A DNA stretch of 64,000 bases from the NCBI RefSeq assembly GCF_963853765.1, contig NC_088858.1, positions 29,636,001 through 29,700,000 of the forward strand. The letters run 5' to 3'. Positions 35,601-48,600 of this stretch are shown here, piece after piece. The position numbers were made by a program, and so were the translations under genes. Source of the DNA: Magallana gigas (lineage: Eukaryota). A model generated the notes under the pieces. That model ran no database searches. It was not told the DNA's origin and was given only the letters and a program-made list of their open reading frames with translations. Numbering within the stretch: position 1 is the first letter of the stretch; every line of letters begins with the position of its first letter.

Positions 35601-38600
35601 AACTTGCTACAGCAGAATTTTCCCTAGATGGTTCAAAGTAAAAAAAAGAAAAGAACGAAGAATGTCACATCCCTTCTTCAAGAGGAAATTATTATAAATT
35701 CCACTACAGTTATTGCCGAGATCAAAGAGATGCCGCGGACATTATTCTCCAATATACCACGAACGTCATCAGTAAATTATCAGATCAGAAATACCTATTT
35801 GTCTCGCACTGTCCATGAAAGAACAACTTCAAACCGTAAAAAGTTTTAAAACTATGTCAATTTCACGTGTTAGTTCAAGTCAAAACGATGTGTATTGCCT
35901 CAAAAGATCAATGCGGCTGTTCATAAGTCCTCCCTAGCACATTTTCACTGCGTGTTTTTACATAAAATATATAACGTGTAGTAGTAATAATCGTATTAAA
36001 TTGCCCTTAAAATATTTGGAACATGATTCAAAGATATTTTATATATAAGTAAAGAGCATTAAAAATCCCCCCCCCCCCCAAAAAAATAAATTCTGTCGTC
36101 TGCATGTGATTCCTTTGATCGATACACACGTAAACATTACTAACAAAACCATTGGGGTTACACGGAACAGCCGTCAAAATGACCTAAATCGTGTCTCTAT
36201 AGGAGAAACGATCTGTAGAAATACTGGGCTGTTAGTAGAATAGAAATAAAGTTCTTGTTATCGTGAATGTTGCAGGATAACCTCCTCGGTCTCAAAATGT
36301 TGTTTGAAATATAAAAGCCTCGGATAACGCCTCGGCTTTTATATTTCAAAACAACATTTTGAGACCTCGGAGGTTATTCTGCAACATTTACGAAAACTCG
36401 TACTTTATTTCTCAAATAAAATTTGGTATATTGTAAACGACTGTGATTGCCCCTATCCACATTGTTTTCAAAATTACTTTTATAAATCATACAATATACA
36501 TCTTCTTTGTAAACGGGGTTTCTCCTGTAATTTCTATGTAAATTGGGCCTCCACCAAAAAAAGAAGCTCACTTTAACCCCAATCGTTATGACATGAATAA
36601 ATCTAAATCATCCTCATTATACCCATCTTTTATTAATATATAAGTTTACACATTTAAACCCCCCCCCCCCGGTTTCTAGATGCTCCATCGTGGTAACGGC
36701 AAGACTTAATGATTCTTTCCACTAGCTTAGTTCTACACGTATTTCTATTCCGCAAAATTCCGCAAATTTAAATCTACTATGAACATTTACGCCAAACAGG
36801 ACCCTTTCTGGTCATGAATTGATTAAAGATTTATCGCGCATCATTAAGCTAATATCTAAAAAATTTACAGACTATTATTATGGTTCTTGAGAATACTGTG
36901 GTTTCATTAATATTAAAGGGTATCAATTTTCGTGGATAAAGTGAAAATCACAGTTTCAAGGATACGTAAATTCGTGGCCAATGACCCTATCAATACAAAT
37001 TGTTAGTAGAAAATGCACTTCAATGAACATTTAAATTCATGGTTAAACTTAAAAACGAAATCCCCGAAAATTGGTATTCAACGAATATTGATGAAACCAG
37101 AGTAAGATTTTTTAAAACACCGTACTGATTTTTATTCTTTCCTAATAAATTCCCATTGGAAGGTGGTATGGTCCCTCATTATGTATATCATCTCTAGAAA
37201 CAGTTTGGCGGACATACGAACGACGAACGAACAGTGATCAGTAAATCGGAATTGAGCTTTCAGGTCAGCTGAGCTAAATACATGTATATTATCACATGTG
37301 GCTGTTCTCATAATTATGCGCATCACCGAGTCAAATGATAATACCGGTAATGAGTTACAATGAACGGGAAACGTTTTTTTGTAAATAACCCCAAACTGGT
37401 ACATTGTATATGTTTAACGAATGTACTACAGTAATCCTGAAGAACGCAACAGAAAACGTCACTTCCTGGTGAAAAAACCCCTAGAGATTCATTAAGTGGT
37501 ACTAAACTTAGAGGGACTAGGCAGCCTTTTTTGGCTATACGATCTCAGTACATTTTATGTCTTAATTAAGGTCCCCATCCGCTCATAAATGTCGTTTCTT
37601 TACACAAACGGGATGTATATTTTAAACAACTTTAAAACAGACATCAATTTCGGGAAAAGACATTGTTTTATGCAGAATTTTTAGGGCTTCAAAAGAAGAG
37701 GTTGTAAGGCGACCACATTTAACAAGAGGACTGGTGATCTCTCCATAGTACACAAATAACGTGATCCAAAATTAACGCAAAGAAATGAATTGCCTTTATA
37801 GATTCTGTTTTCACTTTTTTCATGTGGTGAAAAATTGAATTTTATGCAGTATTTAATATAAATCGTCTTAGGAACACTTGATAAGATTGATTGCATGTAT
37901 ATAAACAATGCGAATTGTGCTTGATAATTATATATGTCTAATTGTATGAAGTAGATTGATTTTAGTATATAGAACACATTGACAAGCTGTCAAATTCAAG
38001 TCTTTAATCCGACTATCGTGAATTAGTGAAATAGCTCGTAAATCCAATTTTATCTGAAAAAAATTGACATCAAATGGAATTTATAATCATTCTCAATGCT
38101 TTGTTAATCATTGTGGTACTTTAACGTAAATGAATCTCTTCAACTGATCGTTAAGACAGTTTATCAGTGTATTTGCGGGTCTGTCAATGTTTGCAGTGAC
38201 GAATGTTTAAAGAACAAAACTAATGGAAAAATAAATTTTTAATGCGACGATAATCATTCAAAATAATTTCTTTTTTTTTTACAGGAAAAATTTTTTTGTA
38301 AGAAAGCAGCGGACTATGAAAAATACGATTGTTTTCTGGGATTTTTTTAAACTTAAAGTTTTATATGACATAAAATATATAAACGGGCCAAGAAAAAGAT
38401 TTACTTTCATGAAAGAGAAAAAACCACTCTAACTGTCACATATTGTCATCTTCAACAGAATTTTTTTTACCCTGGAATAGAAGGAAACCTTCTCAATTCA
38501 TAATAAGATCAATCGAATGTTTTGATATAAATACCATTGATAAAGTTGAGAAAAAAAATGTCAGCGTTATTTCAAAATACGGAAGCAAGAAGGAACTAAT

Positions 38601-39730
38601 TTTAATCAGTTTTGATTTTCTCCAACTTATGCAAATAATTACTATTACCACTACTAAGTATATGAAAAATGGCTCGTTTAGCAGGTGCGAAAGCTGGTGT
38701 TTCCTCGTTGCTTCAATGGCATAAAGATAAAACGCTCTTAAGTAGATATTGATTGTTATAAGTTGGTTGTTTTCTTGCATTTCTATACAGAAAATTAGCT
38801 CCGTGTGATATATTTGAATTTTAAGGGGGCTGGGTGGTCGTAGCCATTCTAAGACTATCTTAATCTCCTTTAGAAAAGAGGTTTTTTTTTTATAAATATA
38901 TATATAGGAAAACATTTCACATTAAACTACTAAGACTTTTTCTTTACAATATAATACTTTTATAGCTCAAAACTTTGTGTATAAAATATTGAGACGGACC
39001 TGATGGTGAATATGTTGACCCTCCAGCGCGTTATATGCGTTTGTTTTTGTTGTTGCATTTTCATATTTTCAAGTTTCATTGTAGTGCCGATCGGACCTAA
39101 GTCCTAGGGGTATTAAATCGCCAAAGTTGTTTGTTTTGTTTTTAAATATCGTTTATGCCATGTGGAAGCAAAAAAAAAAAAAAACCCAATTTTTTCTTGT
39201 TTTCTTTATCAATAGTGGCTAAGTCCTGAATATATAATCCCTAATATCACTTTATACGCCATTTACTAAACTGAAAACGATTGAAGGTTAGGAGTTTACA
39301 TGTATTGTGAAAACATTCTTCTCTTGAAAGAAGTAAACAAGTATTCCATTATAATACATGTATATGTCTTATTTGTTTGTTATTATTTTGAAAACAAGAC
39401 CACAGTAGTCCTTTCGGCGGTAAGATTTAATTAAAAGATAAAACGAAGAGCAAATACCATATTGGGATAATAGCTTTTACTGATGCGGCCCCAGACGATT
39501 TACATGTTGTGAATTATACATGCTTATTATACATGCAACACAGCGCCAGCAACATACATGTACAATGTATATACCCTAACGAATGCGGGTACACGTGACG
39601 TCACATACCGTTTTAGGTCCTAGATTCTCCACGGTACACTTCAGAACTGCCGTTTGGCCTTTGTATACTGTGATGTTATTGGGCTCTTGTACAAAGCTGG
39701 GCTCGATATACTTTTTGTATCGATTTCTTC
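32608..39730 (-). CDS. Two-Ig-domain, predicted GPI-anchored cell-surface protein of the Dpr/ZIG-8 (Wirin) family; core exons, N-terminus unresolved
   Basis: Minus-strand exons: 39609-39730 (RNRYKKYIEPSFVQEPNNITVYKGQTAVLKCTVENLGPKT), 34457-34679 (VVWRRMSPNIFLTIG...SGLYECQISS...LNVL), 33056-33358 (LTINGTVYV...LTCNATG...EDIDWFHNG...DAGTYICRSS), 32883-32918 (DKGVQKREHGS), 32608-32720 (LGPQSDHQASRNSSPSSHVLDFVLYLATIAFVIVNR*). All introns are GT-AG with matching phases (0,1,1,1). Both Ig domains have the canonical C/W/YxC. The hydrophobic tail has no cytoplasmic domain. Confidence 0.9.
32717..32799. repeat. Tandem 42+41 bp duplication spanning the 3' splice site of the Ig gene terminal exon
   Basis: AACTCTGAAAAT(A9)TATGATCGTCACCATTGATGC is followed by the same sequence with A8. 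Confidence 0.92.
34683..34747. repeat. 14-bp tandem repeat (4.6 copies) abutting the acceptor of the Ig1b exon
   Basis: Unit AAATGTAATGTAAT starts at 34683, 34697, 34711 and 34725, with a partial copy at 34739. Confidence 0.9.
36262..36392. mobile_element. ~131 bp palindromic element in an Ig-gene intron
   Basis: CGTGAATGTTGCAGGATAACCTCC...GTCTCAAAATGTTGTTTGAAATATAAAAGCC pairs with GGCTTTTATATTTCAAAACAACATTTTGAGAC...GGAGGTTATTCTGCAACATTTACG. The apex on the minus strand is GA-GGCGTTATCC-GA. Confidence 0.85.
36894..37104. mobile_element. 211-bp TA-flanked MITE
   Basis: TIR TACTGTGGTTTCATTAATATT versus right-end reverse complement TACTCTGGTTTCATCAATATT. Confidence 0.8.
37205..37279 (+). mobile_element. 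Degraded Helitron-N 3' end
   Basis: A GACGAA-type microsatellite followed by CAGTGATCAG...TTGAGCTTTCAGGTCAGCTGAGCTAAA, resembling a decayed terminal hairpin. Confidence 0.4.
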
Positions 39731-40471
39731 CTGAAACTAAGAACAGCGCTAAGGGTTAGTAATCTGATTGCGATGGCGCAAATACAATTCATCATCCCGT
39801 ATTCCATAACATTGCTCTTGCATTCACGTTTTTATCTCCCAGTAAATGGAAACAAGAAGCAATATGAATTGCTAAAACACTGTTCATAATAAATCTTTTT
39901 GATACTGTCATACTAGGCTAATAACCTTAATTTCCATTAATGCTCACTTGCCATTATCTTATCTATCATTCATCAAATAAAATTTGAATTGTTGTTCAGT
40001 CGTAATTATTTGTTCGTTAATTAATGTATTATTTTGATGACCCCTGCATTGATTACTTCACTATTGTAAACAAAGAGAGTATGGTCGGGCAATAAAACCG
40101 GAGGAGTGCCTGCCAAGTGTATAGATACTGCATTCCACTCTTCCCGATATCTCAAAAACGTGTCTTTCCAATGCTAAAAGTTCTTACTTTCAATGTTTTA
40201 TTCCACCCCCCCCCCCCCCACCACACAAAATCTGGAAAAGAACTACGAGTCAATGAAAATCAACCTTTTGTCGTACATACAAACCATTAAGAAGAAAATA
40301 AACAAGTCTAGACCATATTTCTCTATCTTTGTATAAAAAAGGGAATAAAAGCTACATAATGTGTACATACAAATGAGAACCGAGCTTTGGTTGTTCCAAA
40401 AGCACTCTTTGACAATGTTACGTTCTTTTATCTGTTTCAATTGACAGTAGTGGGTTCTTCTCAAACCTTAC

Positions 40472-40480
40472 TTAAGGAAG
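40472..40480 (-). other. Candidate 9-nt micro-exon of the Ig gene
   Basis: ttgttgtccattcag|CTTCCTTAA|gtaagg; phase 1-1, frame-preserving. Confidence 0.25.
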
Positions 40481-40589
40481 CTGAATGGACAACAAATTAA
40501 GTATCAGATCTGCCTTATACTTTGACATATGATATTGTGGATATAAACTATCATTTAGTAAAGGAAAAATTAAGATTTTTTATCATTTA

Positions 40590-40843
40590 AGAACCATTTT
40601 AACAAGACCTTGGACTTTCAGTAGGACGTAGCTATCTAATTCTTGCGTCAAAACAAGTTTAAAATGACGCGGTTTCAAGCGAAATATGCACCGATTGCAT
40701 GGTCATAGCTCAAAGGCCAGACAAAATCTTGTTGATTTCAGAGAGCCATGGCTGAGTGACCGACACTGAATAAAATACAGGCCTACGTCACATTGCTGTT
40801 TGACACAACTACCTAAAGTCCAAGCTCTTGTTAAAATGGTTCT
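40590..40843 (+). mobile_element. 254-bp MITE (AGAACC-TIR family)
   Basis: 29-bp TIR AGAACCATTTTAACAAGA(C/G)CTTGGACTTT with one mismatch. Homologous copies at 41755 and 53164. Confidence 0.9.
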
Positions 40844-41754
40844 ATTATAATTTTATAGAGAGCTCTTAATCTAAAGGAGGTAAATATAGCCTAAAAATGG
40901 CTTCGACCATACACCCCTCTTAAGACAGACAAAAGTTTAAAAAAAAAAACCAACAACACTTTATTGATTGAAAAGACCGATTACAGAAATTCACAAATAT
41001 AGAGATAAATTATATGTTTTCCAATTATTTTTGCGGCAAAGTCGAAAGCAGATCTAGACGAAACCTAGTATGATGAAAAAGCGTGCTTTAAATTCTAGTA
41101 TACAAATTCATAGTGTGGAGTTCGTAAAATTATCTTCGGTTATGTTTCTCACCAACGCACAATAAACATCAATTAATTTGTATGGATTTTTTTTCTTGCA
41201 AATTGTTATACATAACATTTGAATCATTTAGGTCCATATGTGCGTATCCATTTAGATTGAGAATGTATAGTATAATCATACAATAACTAGGTCTTCGATT
41301 GTTCATTGATAAAAATAACAAGGAAATATGTAACCAATCAGACCATTTATCTCAATCCCTTCTCTCCTTTTTTTATCCCTGCTTTGTTAGATGCGCATAT
41401 CGTATGCAAAAAATGAATTAAAATAAATTGTGACATACATCGAGACTTGCTTCTTCATTATAATGAAGAAAGGCGTCTTTGAATGAGAAATTCCACAGAC
41501 ATTTTGATGATACAGACCAAAAACGTCATGTTCTGACGGAAGAGAGTCTTCGTTGCATAAACCAGCGAGTAATGGAGGCAACAACACCCTCGAGTAAACA
41601 ACAAATGCATGACATGACTTGAAACTGGCGTCTTTTGCAGTAAATCATATTCTAGGTCTGAATGAAATGTTTCTTTTTATTTCCCGAAGTCTACATTGAA
41701 GCAGGAAATATAACTAAACGTCTTAGACGCAGAGACTTCCAATGTCATCTTAAT

Positions 41755-42006
41755 AAAACCATTTAAACAAGAGCTTGGACTTTGGGAAGTTGTGTCAAAC
41801 AGCACTGTGACGTAGACCTGTCTATTTCAATGTCAGGCACTCAGCCATGGCTCTCTGAAATAAACAAGAGTTTGTCTGTTTTTTGAGCTATGACTTCGCA
41901 TTCGGTGCATATTTCGCTTGAAACCGCGTCCTTTTCAACTTGTTTTGACGAAAGAAATAGATAGCTACGTCTTACGGAAATTCCAAGGTCTTGTTAAAAT
42001 GGTTCT
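41755..42006 (-). mobile_element. Second copy of the AGAACC-TIR MITE, inverted relative to 40590
   Basis: The internal sequence (GTTGTGTCAAACAGC...CGGTGCATATTTCGCTTGAAACCGCGTC...GATAGCTACGTC) is the reverse complement of the 40590 copy. Confidence 0.88.
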
Positions 42007-42292
42007 GATACCCCAGCATACATGTAAGCGTGGAACTTCTTTATTTTCTGTGAAGCCCCCCAAAAGCGGGAGAACTAATGGTTATTTGTATCGCCAGAGT
42101 AACAGTTAAAGCAGTTTATTAGCATTAATGAGGGTAAAATACTGATCGAGTATCAGCTTCTTTGACGACAGTATTGGCAAAGCAAGGGGCATTTCATTAA
42201 TTGAAAGCAGTCCGTGGAATGAGCCTGTATATTACAGTACCCGTTGCTATAATATAATCACATACTATGATGGCAGGTGACCGTGGACTCAC

Positions 42293-42306
42293 CCCCTAGT
42301 GTCCAT
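42293..42306 (-). other. Candidate 14-nt micro-exon of the Ig gene
   Basis: ggtttcag|ATGGACACTAGGGG|gtgagt. Both splice sites are strong; a phase 2-to-1 reading (WTLG) would link 45614 to 39730. Confidence 0.4.
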
Positions 42307-45300
42307 CTGAAACCAATTGCCAAATACTTTATCACTCTGCATGCTTCATCGATAATTAGTTCATTACACCTTTTTATACCATCTTCAAATAATATAAGTC
42401 AATTCTGATTTATAATGACAAGCTGTCGACGTATTTCACTGAAACATGTCGTGATAGCTGGGACTTTATAAAAGATGCAACCTATTAAGAATTCCTTTAA
42501 TGGTGAATTATTACAAAGAACAAAGCTTTTCGTGACCCCCGAGGACGTTTTTTTTTCGGGGGGTATACCGGTATATCATTTGTCTTAGTAAATGAAATTT
42601 AGAACCAAATTTGTCATTTACTAATGTTATCTTAAAAGGTATTCTTATTGAATACGGGAAAAATTGATCAAAAACTTAGGATAAATTAAACATGTGATTT
42701 ATCACTTAAATACTTTTTTAAAAGTGTGGTTGCAAAAAACAAAACGCTCATGGTAAAAAGTTTGCTATTTGGCATATACTGGATTCATATTCTATGAAAT
42801 ATGATAAGAATTGTTAATAAAAAAAATTTAAGATGTCAAATTTATCAAGAACTTATTAAGAAAATCATGTATTGATGAGAAAGGTCCATAATTAAATCAT
42901 GCACGCACAATTGAGCATTGATAAAAATATGCTATGTGGGTCAGAGCGCGTACAACCTACGTCTACAGAACTAAAGAAAGTGTTGAAAATGTGCTGATTA
43001 AATCTTTTAAATTTCTTCATAAGAGAGGATTGACTTTTCAGAAGAGTTTATATACACTCTGTGTAAACAGTGTTGAAGCAAGATCAGGTGTACAATTCAT
43101 AATTTAAAACGCTAATATTTGCTCTCAGTTTTTTGGGCATTCGCTCTCACCTAAGACCCACACACAAAATATTGACATTGGATTTAAATCAGAATCCACT
43201 TGTAAAAAGGTTAGCAAGTTATTTTATCGACATATTGGCTATCGCACATATACACTGTACGTGTTCCTGAAGAAAAGGACATTTTTTAAAACCATTTTCA
43301 TACCTTCAATAGAACGTATAAAATTTCACAGAGGTTTTATGTATTTTAAGAGGGTTCGTCTAATCAAATATGATATTTATTCATGAACAAATTATTCGAA
43401 AAATTTTTGCGCAAAAGTCGACTACAAACCAATCCTGAATATTTCATTAACGGATTCCATTGACTGAAAATCCGCGATTAGAAATTTGAGAACGACAGAG
43501 CGAAAATATTCAGCGCGAATAAAGGCAATTAAAATAAGAACAAAAGAGAAGCAATCAAAAAGTTTCAAAGAGAGTACGGTGTCTGGAAGCTTATCCAACA
43601 CCCGTGATCCTGGCAACAATGGCTTCATCCATCAGGAATTCCCTTGTCGGATAGACCACTACAATGCAATGCAATCCTTCATTTACGGACGGTTCCTAAC
43701 AAGATTCCCAATGATTCATATTTCATGTATCTTAAAGCGAATAATTATTTGATGACTAGAGAGCAGCGACCAATTTACAACATTACTGGAATACCAGTCC
43801 AAGTTTGTTTCCAAGTGAATGTGTATTTCTATAATGTAGACCTGCATGCCCGCCATTAACTCAGTGCCGACCCGATTTCAGGAAAGCTTTCAAAAAAGAC
43901 AATTATCTCGTTATTTTCTGAAAAGATCTCGACAACATTTTGGATCTTGGCGACAGCAAAATACATTCATTGTTAAAAATGATTACTCAACCATTTTTAT
44001 GGATTCCTGATAGGGACACATCTAGGTTAAACCTTTCAAGGGGTGTAATTGAGGCCTTTCTCCTAATGCACACACGATGTATCCTTAAAGGGTAGCAATT
44101 TTTGTTTATAAAGTCTTACTTTTTCAGACGATTTTGCTTGATTAAACTCTTAAATGAAATAATCATAACCTCTACTTATGCAATACTTCTTTGCAGTTAT
44201 TTTCCTGAAAATATCTTACTAAATAGTCAGACAATCTAATGATTTCAAGAGAATATGCCGTTTCATCTTCATGATATAATGTAGCATGAAATTCTATGAT
44301 TCGTAAACAATTACGTAGAAGACTCGTTTCTTAAACGGAGGATAACGGGATCTATTAAATGAAAGCAAAATACAGTTTATTTACCCTGTCATTTGTGCTA
44401 TGTATACAGAAAATACATTATATTAGGGGAGGAGATTTTATATTAGGAGAGGAGACCCAGGAAAAATGCATGCATGTATCAAAATTTACCCAGAACTTCC
44501 CGGACAAACAAAATTAAGCCCCTTCGTTTTAAGTTTAGATATGTTTTAATTAATCTTTTATCTTACATACAAGTGATTAAATTGCACATATTGTGCAGAA
44601 TTGAGAGGGAGCGGGTCCGCCGACTTTCTAGAATTACCTTTGTACATTGTCAGGAAGCTCCCCACCATCATTTTCGATGGACCAAAGATCCCCGATGAAC
44701 ATAAGATCATTTGATGAGAAAAGTTATCGTTATCGAAACCATTCACTGACTTCATTTTTTTGTAGATTTCGGAAAAAAACCTTTCATTTTACTTTAGATG
44801 ATTGAAAATGTTTATTTTATTTCAGTCACATAATTAAATTACAAAATGTTTTAACCTAAAGTTCAAAATCAATACTTTTAAATAGCTACGTTTTTTACAG
44901 TTTTTTTTCTCAAATCATAATTTAAAAATAAAGTAAAATGTTCTACTTTCATCAAATTCACTAAAGTCCCATTCTCAACTTTCAGTTGATCTCTCAAAGC
45001 TGCTAAAATAGGAGACACAGCCGCATGGGATATATACTATAGTTTGTTGTTAAAACAAACTGCGTTGGATTATTCTAGATTACTTTGACGAGTTGTTATA
45101 ACAAACTCACAGCTTGGTCCGCGTTTGATGATCCTACATGTAGAACGGTTAATCTTCATGAAGATGCAAAAGTATAAGATGCATTGATATAGGGATTTTG
45201 ATGAAATATTTGATTCCCCCACCCATCCCTCAAAGTGAAACATTTTGAACTGCAAGGTCATATCTTCATCAGTCTGGTGTTCTCAAATGAAATCGTCTGA

Positions 45301-45613
45301 AGTACAACGCCACCATATGGTCAAAACGAAACTTTTTGGAGCCATCTGTCTGTCTTATATTACAGTACTGTACGGACGGACTTCACCGGGGCGTGATGGC
45401 GGTCAGACAGAATAACAAAGCAAACTGACCTACGAGCAGGAGCACCAACAATGGATTCATCTCTTTGATGGAGATAAAATGTTTCTTCCTTTAATTAAAA
45501 AAATTCTTAAAACTTTTGAAAACTTTTATTTTATATTATATTCAAGCTATTATAAAGTTCACCAATCCAATAATATACTGAGCATCAATCAACCCTTATC
45601 ACAAATAACGTAC

Positions 45614-45690
45614 AGAAATAGTTGATTGAACATGGGAGGCTGGTGTGCTCCCTTTGGGATACAATACTGTCTGATTATGGAGGATTCCGT
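45614..45690 (-). other. Candidate 77-nt upstream exon of the Ig gene
   Basis: tcttgttttattgtcgtttag|ACGGAATCC...CTATTTCT|gtacgt. The frame TESSIIRQYCIPKGAHQPPMFNQLF ends in phase 2 and contains an ATG. Confidence 0.4.
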
Positions 45691-48600
45691 CTAAACGACA
45701 ATAAAACAAGACTAGAATTAAACCGGCCATTAAAAAAACACCATTCCGCGACACAAACATTTCGGGCCTAACGCGTACATTCCAAAAAATAAAGAACTGG
45801 TATTTCAGGCCGAGACACAACCATTAAATTTAAGTGAGACAGGGAAATAATTTAGACGTTTTATACAAAAAACATGCTTTAGAGTTTAATATATGTATTA
45901 TGTAGACAGTGTATATGGGTTGTATCATGTCTATACACATTGGATCTTCTTATTGTATTGTTAATAGGCACTACACACCTTGTATCTCCTCTCTGTATAT
46001 CGTCTACTTCATTAAATGTTTTACAAGTCAAAGGTTTTTGAAACACCTCACACTAAATGTCGGAACATGTATGTATAGGAAATGTTGTATTTACAGTCAT
46101 GCATGTATTCCTCCATATTTGGTATAACACTTTATCAATGAATAGTTACAATTAAAGTTGACGTTCAAATATAATAAAACAACCAATTTTAATTAGTTCA
46201 GGTCTTTTCTTCATAAACAAAAAAGAAAAATACGTTTATACATACATATGATTAAAAAGCTTTTTAGAAATGAATTCAAGAAAAAATGTTTCCGTGTATA
46301 TTTCATTGAAAAATGAACTATCTTGGAACCGAAAGAGTTGTAAAAAAAAATGTTTTACCGATGGAAAGACTCCTTTGAAGATGGCATTTCTAAGATCATG
46401 AATATATTTGTTTATATGTACAAGAACATAAAATCGTTTAAAGACAGGTTAATTTACAGAAAATAAACCTACCTTCAACAAACAGGAACAATAATATAAT
46501 CCACTTGAATTCAACAACTAGAAAATCTGTCTTAGCCATCTTTATGTAAAACTCGTCCAGGATCGGAGAGGCGCGCCATTAAAACAATAGTACAGTCGTC
46601 ACATTTCACAACCAAAGAATTTCTGCAGCTATTTTTTATAGTCCAACTGTTAATTATTTAAATCACTTTCCATTAGAAGAAGAAGAAAAAAAAAATGGTT
46701 CCGCAGTCCGTATAAAATTATTCAAATTTCCGTAGTGATTCCATAAGCAACTGACAGCAAGTTTTCTTCAGACTGAAATAAAAAAAAGAAGAGAAAAGCT
46801 GATATATTAAATCTCCAAATCAGAAACGAGTATATTCAGAAGTGTACACAAGTATAAAAGGAACCGTAATTACACAGAATTGCGTTTTCAGAATGAATAT
46901 ATCGCAGGTTTCAACAAAAGATAAGTATAAATATATATCCTGTGGCACGGAATCTCATTTCTCTGGGTCACTACCCATTACATACCTACATCGGTATGCC
47001 CACTATACCAGGTATAAAGAACACTGCCTCGGTGTGTTGCAGTGGTGGTTCGACTTGTATTGTAATACAGTTGATAGCTTCTCTCTAAATATGTTTATTC
47101 CCTAGGTCTAAGCGTCAATTTGCATACGTAAAGTACAACTAGAATTAAGTTCGTTGGCTTTGTCTATAAACTAATATTCATGCTAAAAAGTCTTCGGAAA
47201 TAGAATTATGATCGCCTTCTTACCTGAGAATAAAAAAAATTATCTTGAAGAAATATTTACTGAGATATATATTTTAATCCTAAATTTACTAATGAATGTT
47301 TAATTTTAATGATTATGAAATGGGTTATACACTGCCTTTGGAATATGGCATTAGACTGGTTGAACATGACAGATCCTTTGATAGATTAGAAAATATTTCA
47401 TCCTTGGTCAGCTTATAAATAAAGCAGATCATTTAAGTTTGAATTTAATAACTTTGGTTACTGTTTTAACTTCATTGCAAGCTGTACGTTTCATGCTTTA
47501 TGGAAATTAGTCTGACGACAGGTATGAATAATGTTAGCATACGGACAAGACAGGTGTGAACTGACAGAGATAACCAAATTATAACACTTTTGCGAATTGT
47601 ATTCGTGCGTTCTAGTTTTTGTATGGGTCTTTTCTTGTTTATTGCCTATATAACACTTTATCGTTCTCCATAATGAAGTCATCTTAAATGCAGAAGGGAC
47701 CTACTACTGCCTTGGCTTGACAACTTTATTGCGAAAAGAATTTACTTAACATGTAATATATTGGATAGACTGAGGACTCGCCGTCTGCTTACCAACTTCC
47801 TGTTTGCACCAAACTTTTTTCCTCATAAAAACATTTACATTAATTGTTTATGTTTATATAAAAGAATGGGAATTATGCTCATCCTATGCCAGAATGGTGT
47901 ACCTGGACCTGTAACTCTGAACTCTAACAATGCGGAATTAGTATGTTTGGAATAAGATTATGCAATTTAAATTTGAAAAAAATGGGGGGGGGGGACTTAT
48001 GCGTATCAAACACTTCCCAGCAATCAACACCCGTCTTTTTAGTGGGTTGTTTTATCTTTTTTTATAGTATAAAAACATATCAAACATTATGAATGTCGTT
48101 TCCAATTGTACAGTCCTCTTGTGATTCCATGCCGATTCTGACTGCAATACCATGCAATAGGAATCTGCAGTCCATATTGTCTCTCTGTGATATTTTTTGT
48201 CCTGTTGACTGGGCATAAAACCTAATATGCGATTCAAAACGTCTTAACAACTTTAAGAAAAACCTTACACGTAGCTTCAGATTCCTGAGTCTCTGTATAA
48301 GAGCGAGGAGGCTATATCCCCAGAACTAGAAACCAATAACAGAACGATATAGACACAAATAGACAAGCTAACCGTTTCCAGTTAATGCTGTGTTGGAATA
48401 ATGGAAACACTTTCCTGTTTATGGGTTGCAAGAACAAGTAATGACGGACAATCAGATGCAATATTCAGTTTTCTCACGTATACACGTCCCGGTCGAAAGA
48501 TGGGAAGAAGTCGAGCGACAAATGTAATTATAGCCAATGCTATGATAAACACATATACCACATTCTTAGCAATATTTCAGATTGTTACTATGATGTCACT

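Noticed and set aside
6277-39730. Functional cluster linking the neuropeptide-amidation genes and the neuronal Ig gene
   Set aside because: Only adjacency supports it; there is no shared regulatory or sequence evidence in the window.
41451-41470. Perfect 20-bp palindrome TTCTTCATTATAATGAAGAA
   Set aside because: AT-rich, single, and with no associated element or conserved context visible.
45599-45820. ORF MFVSRNGVFLMAGLILVLFYCRLDG... as the signal-peptide exon of the Ig gene
   Set aside because: The hydrophobic stretch coincides with a textbook polypyrimidine tract ending in tttag at 45691. Its good donors are phase 0, whereas the Ig1 exon needs phase 1.
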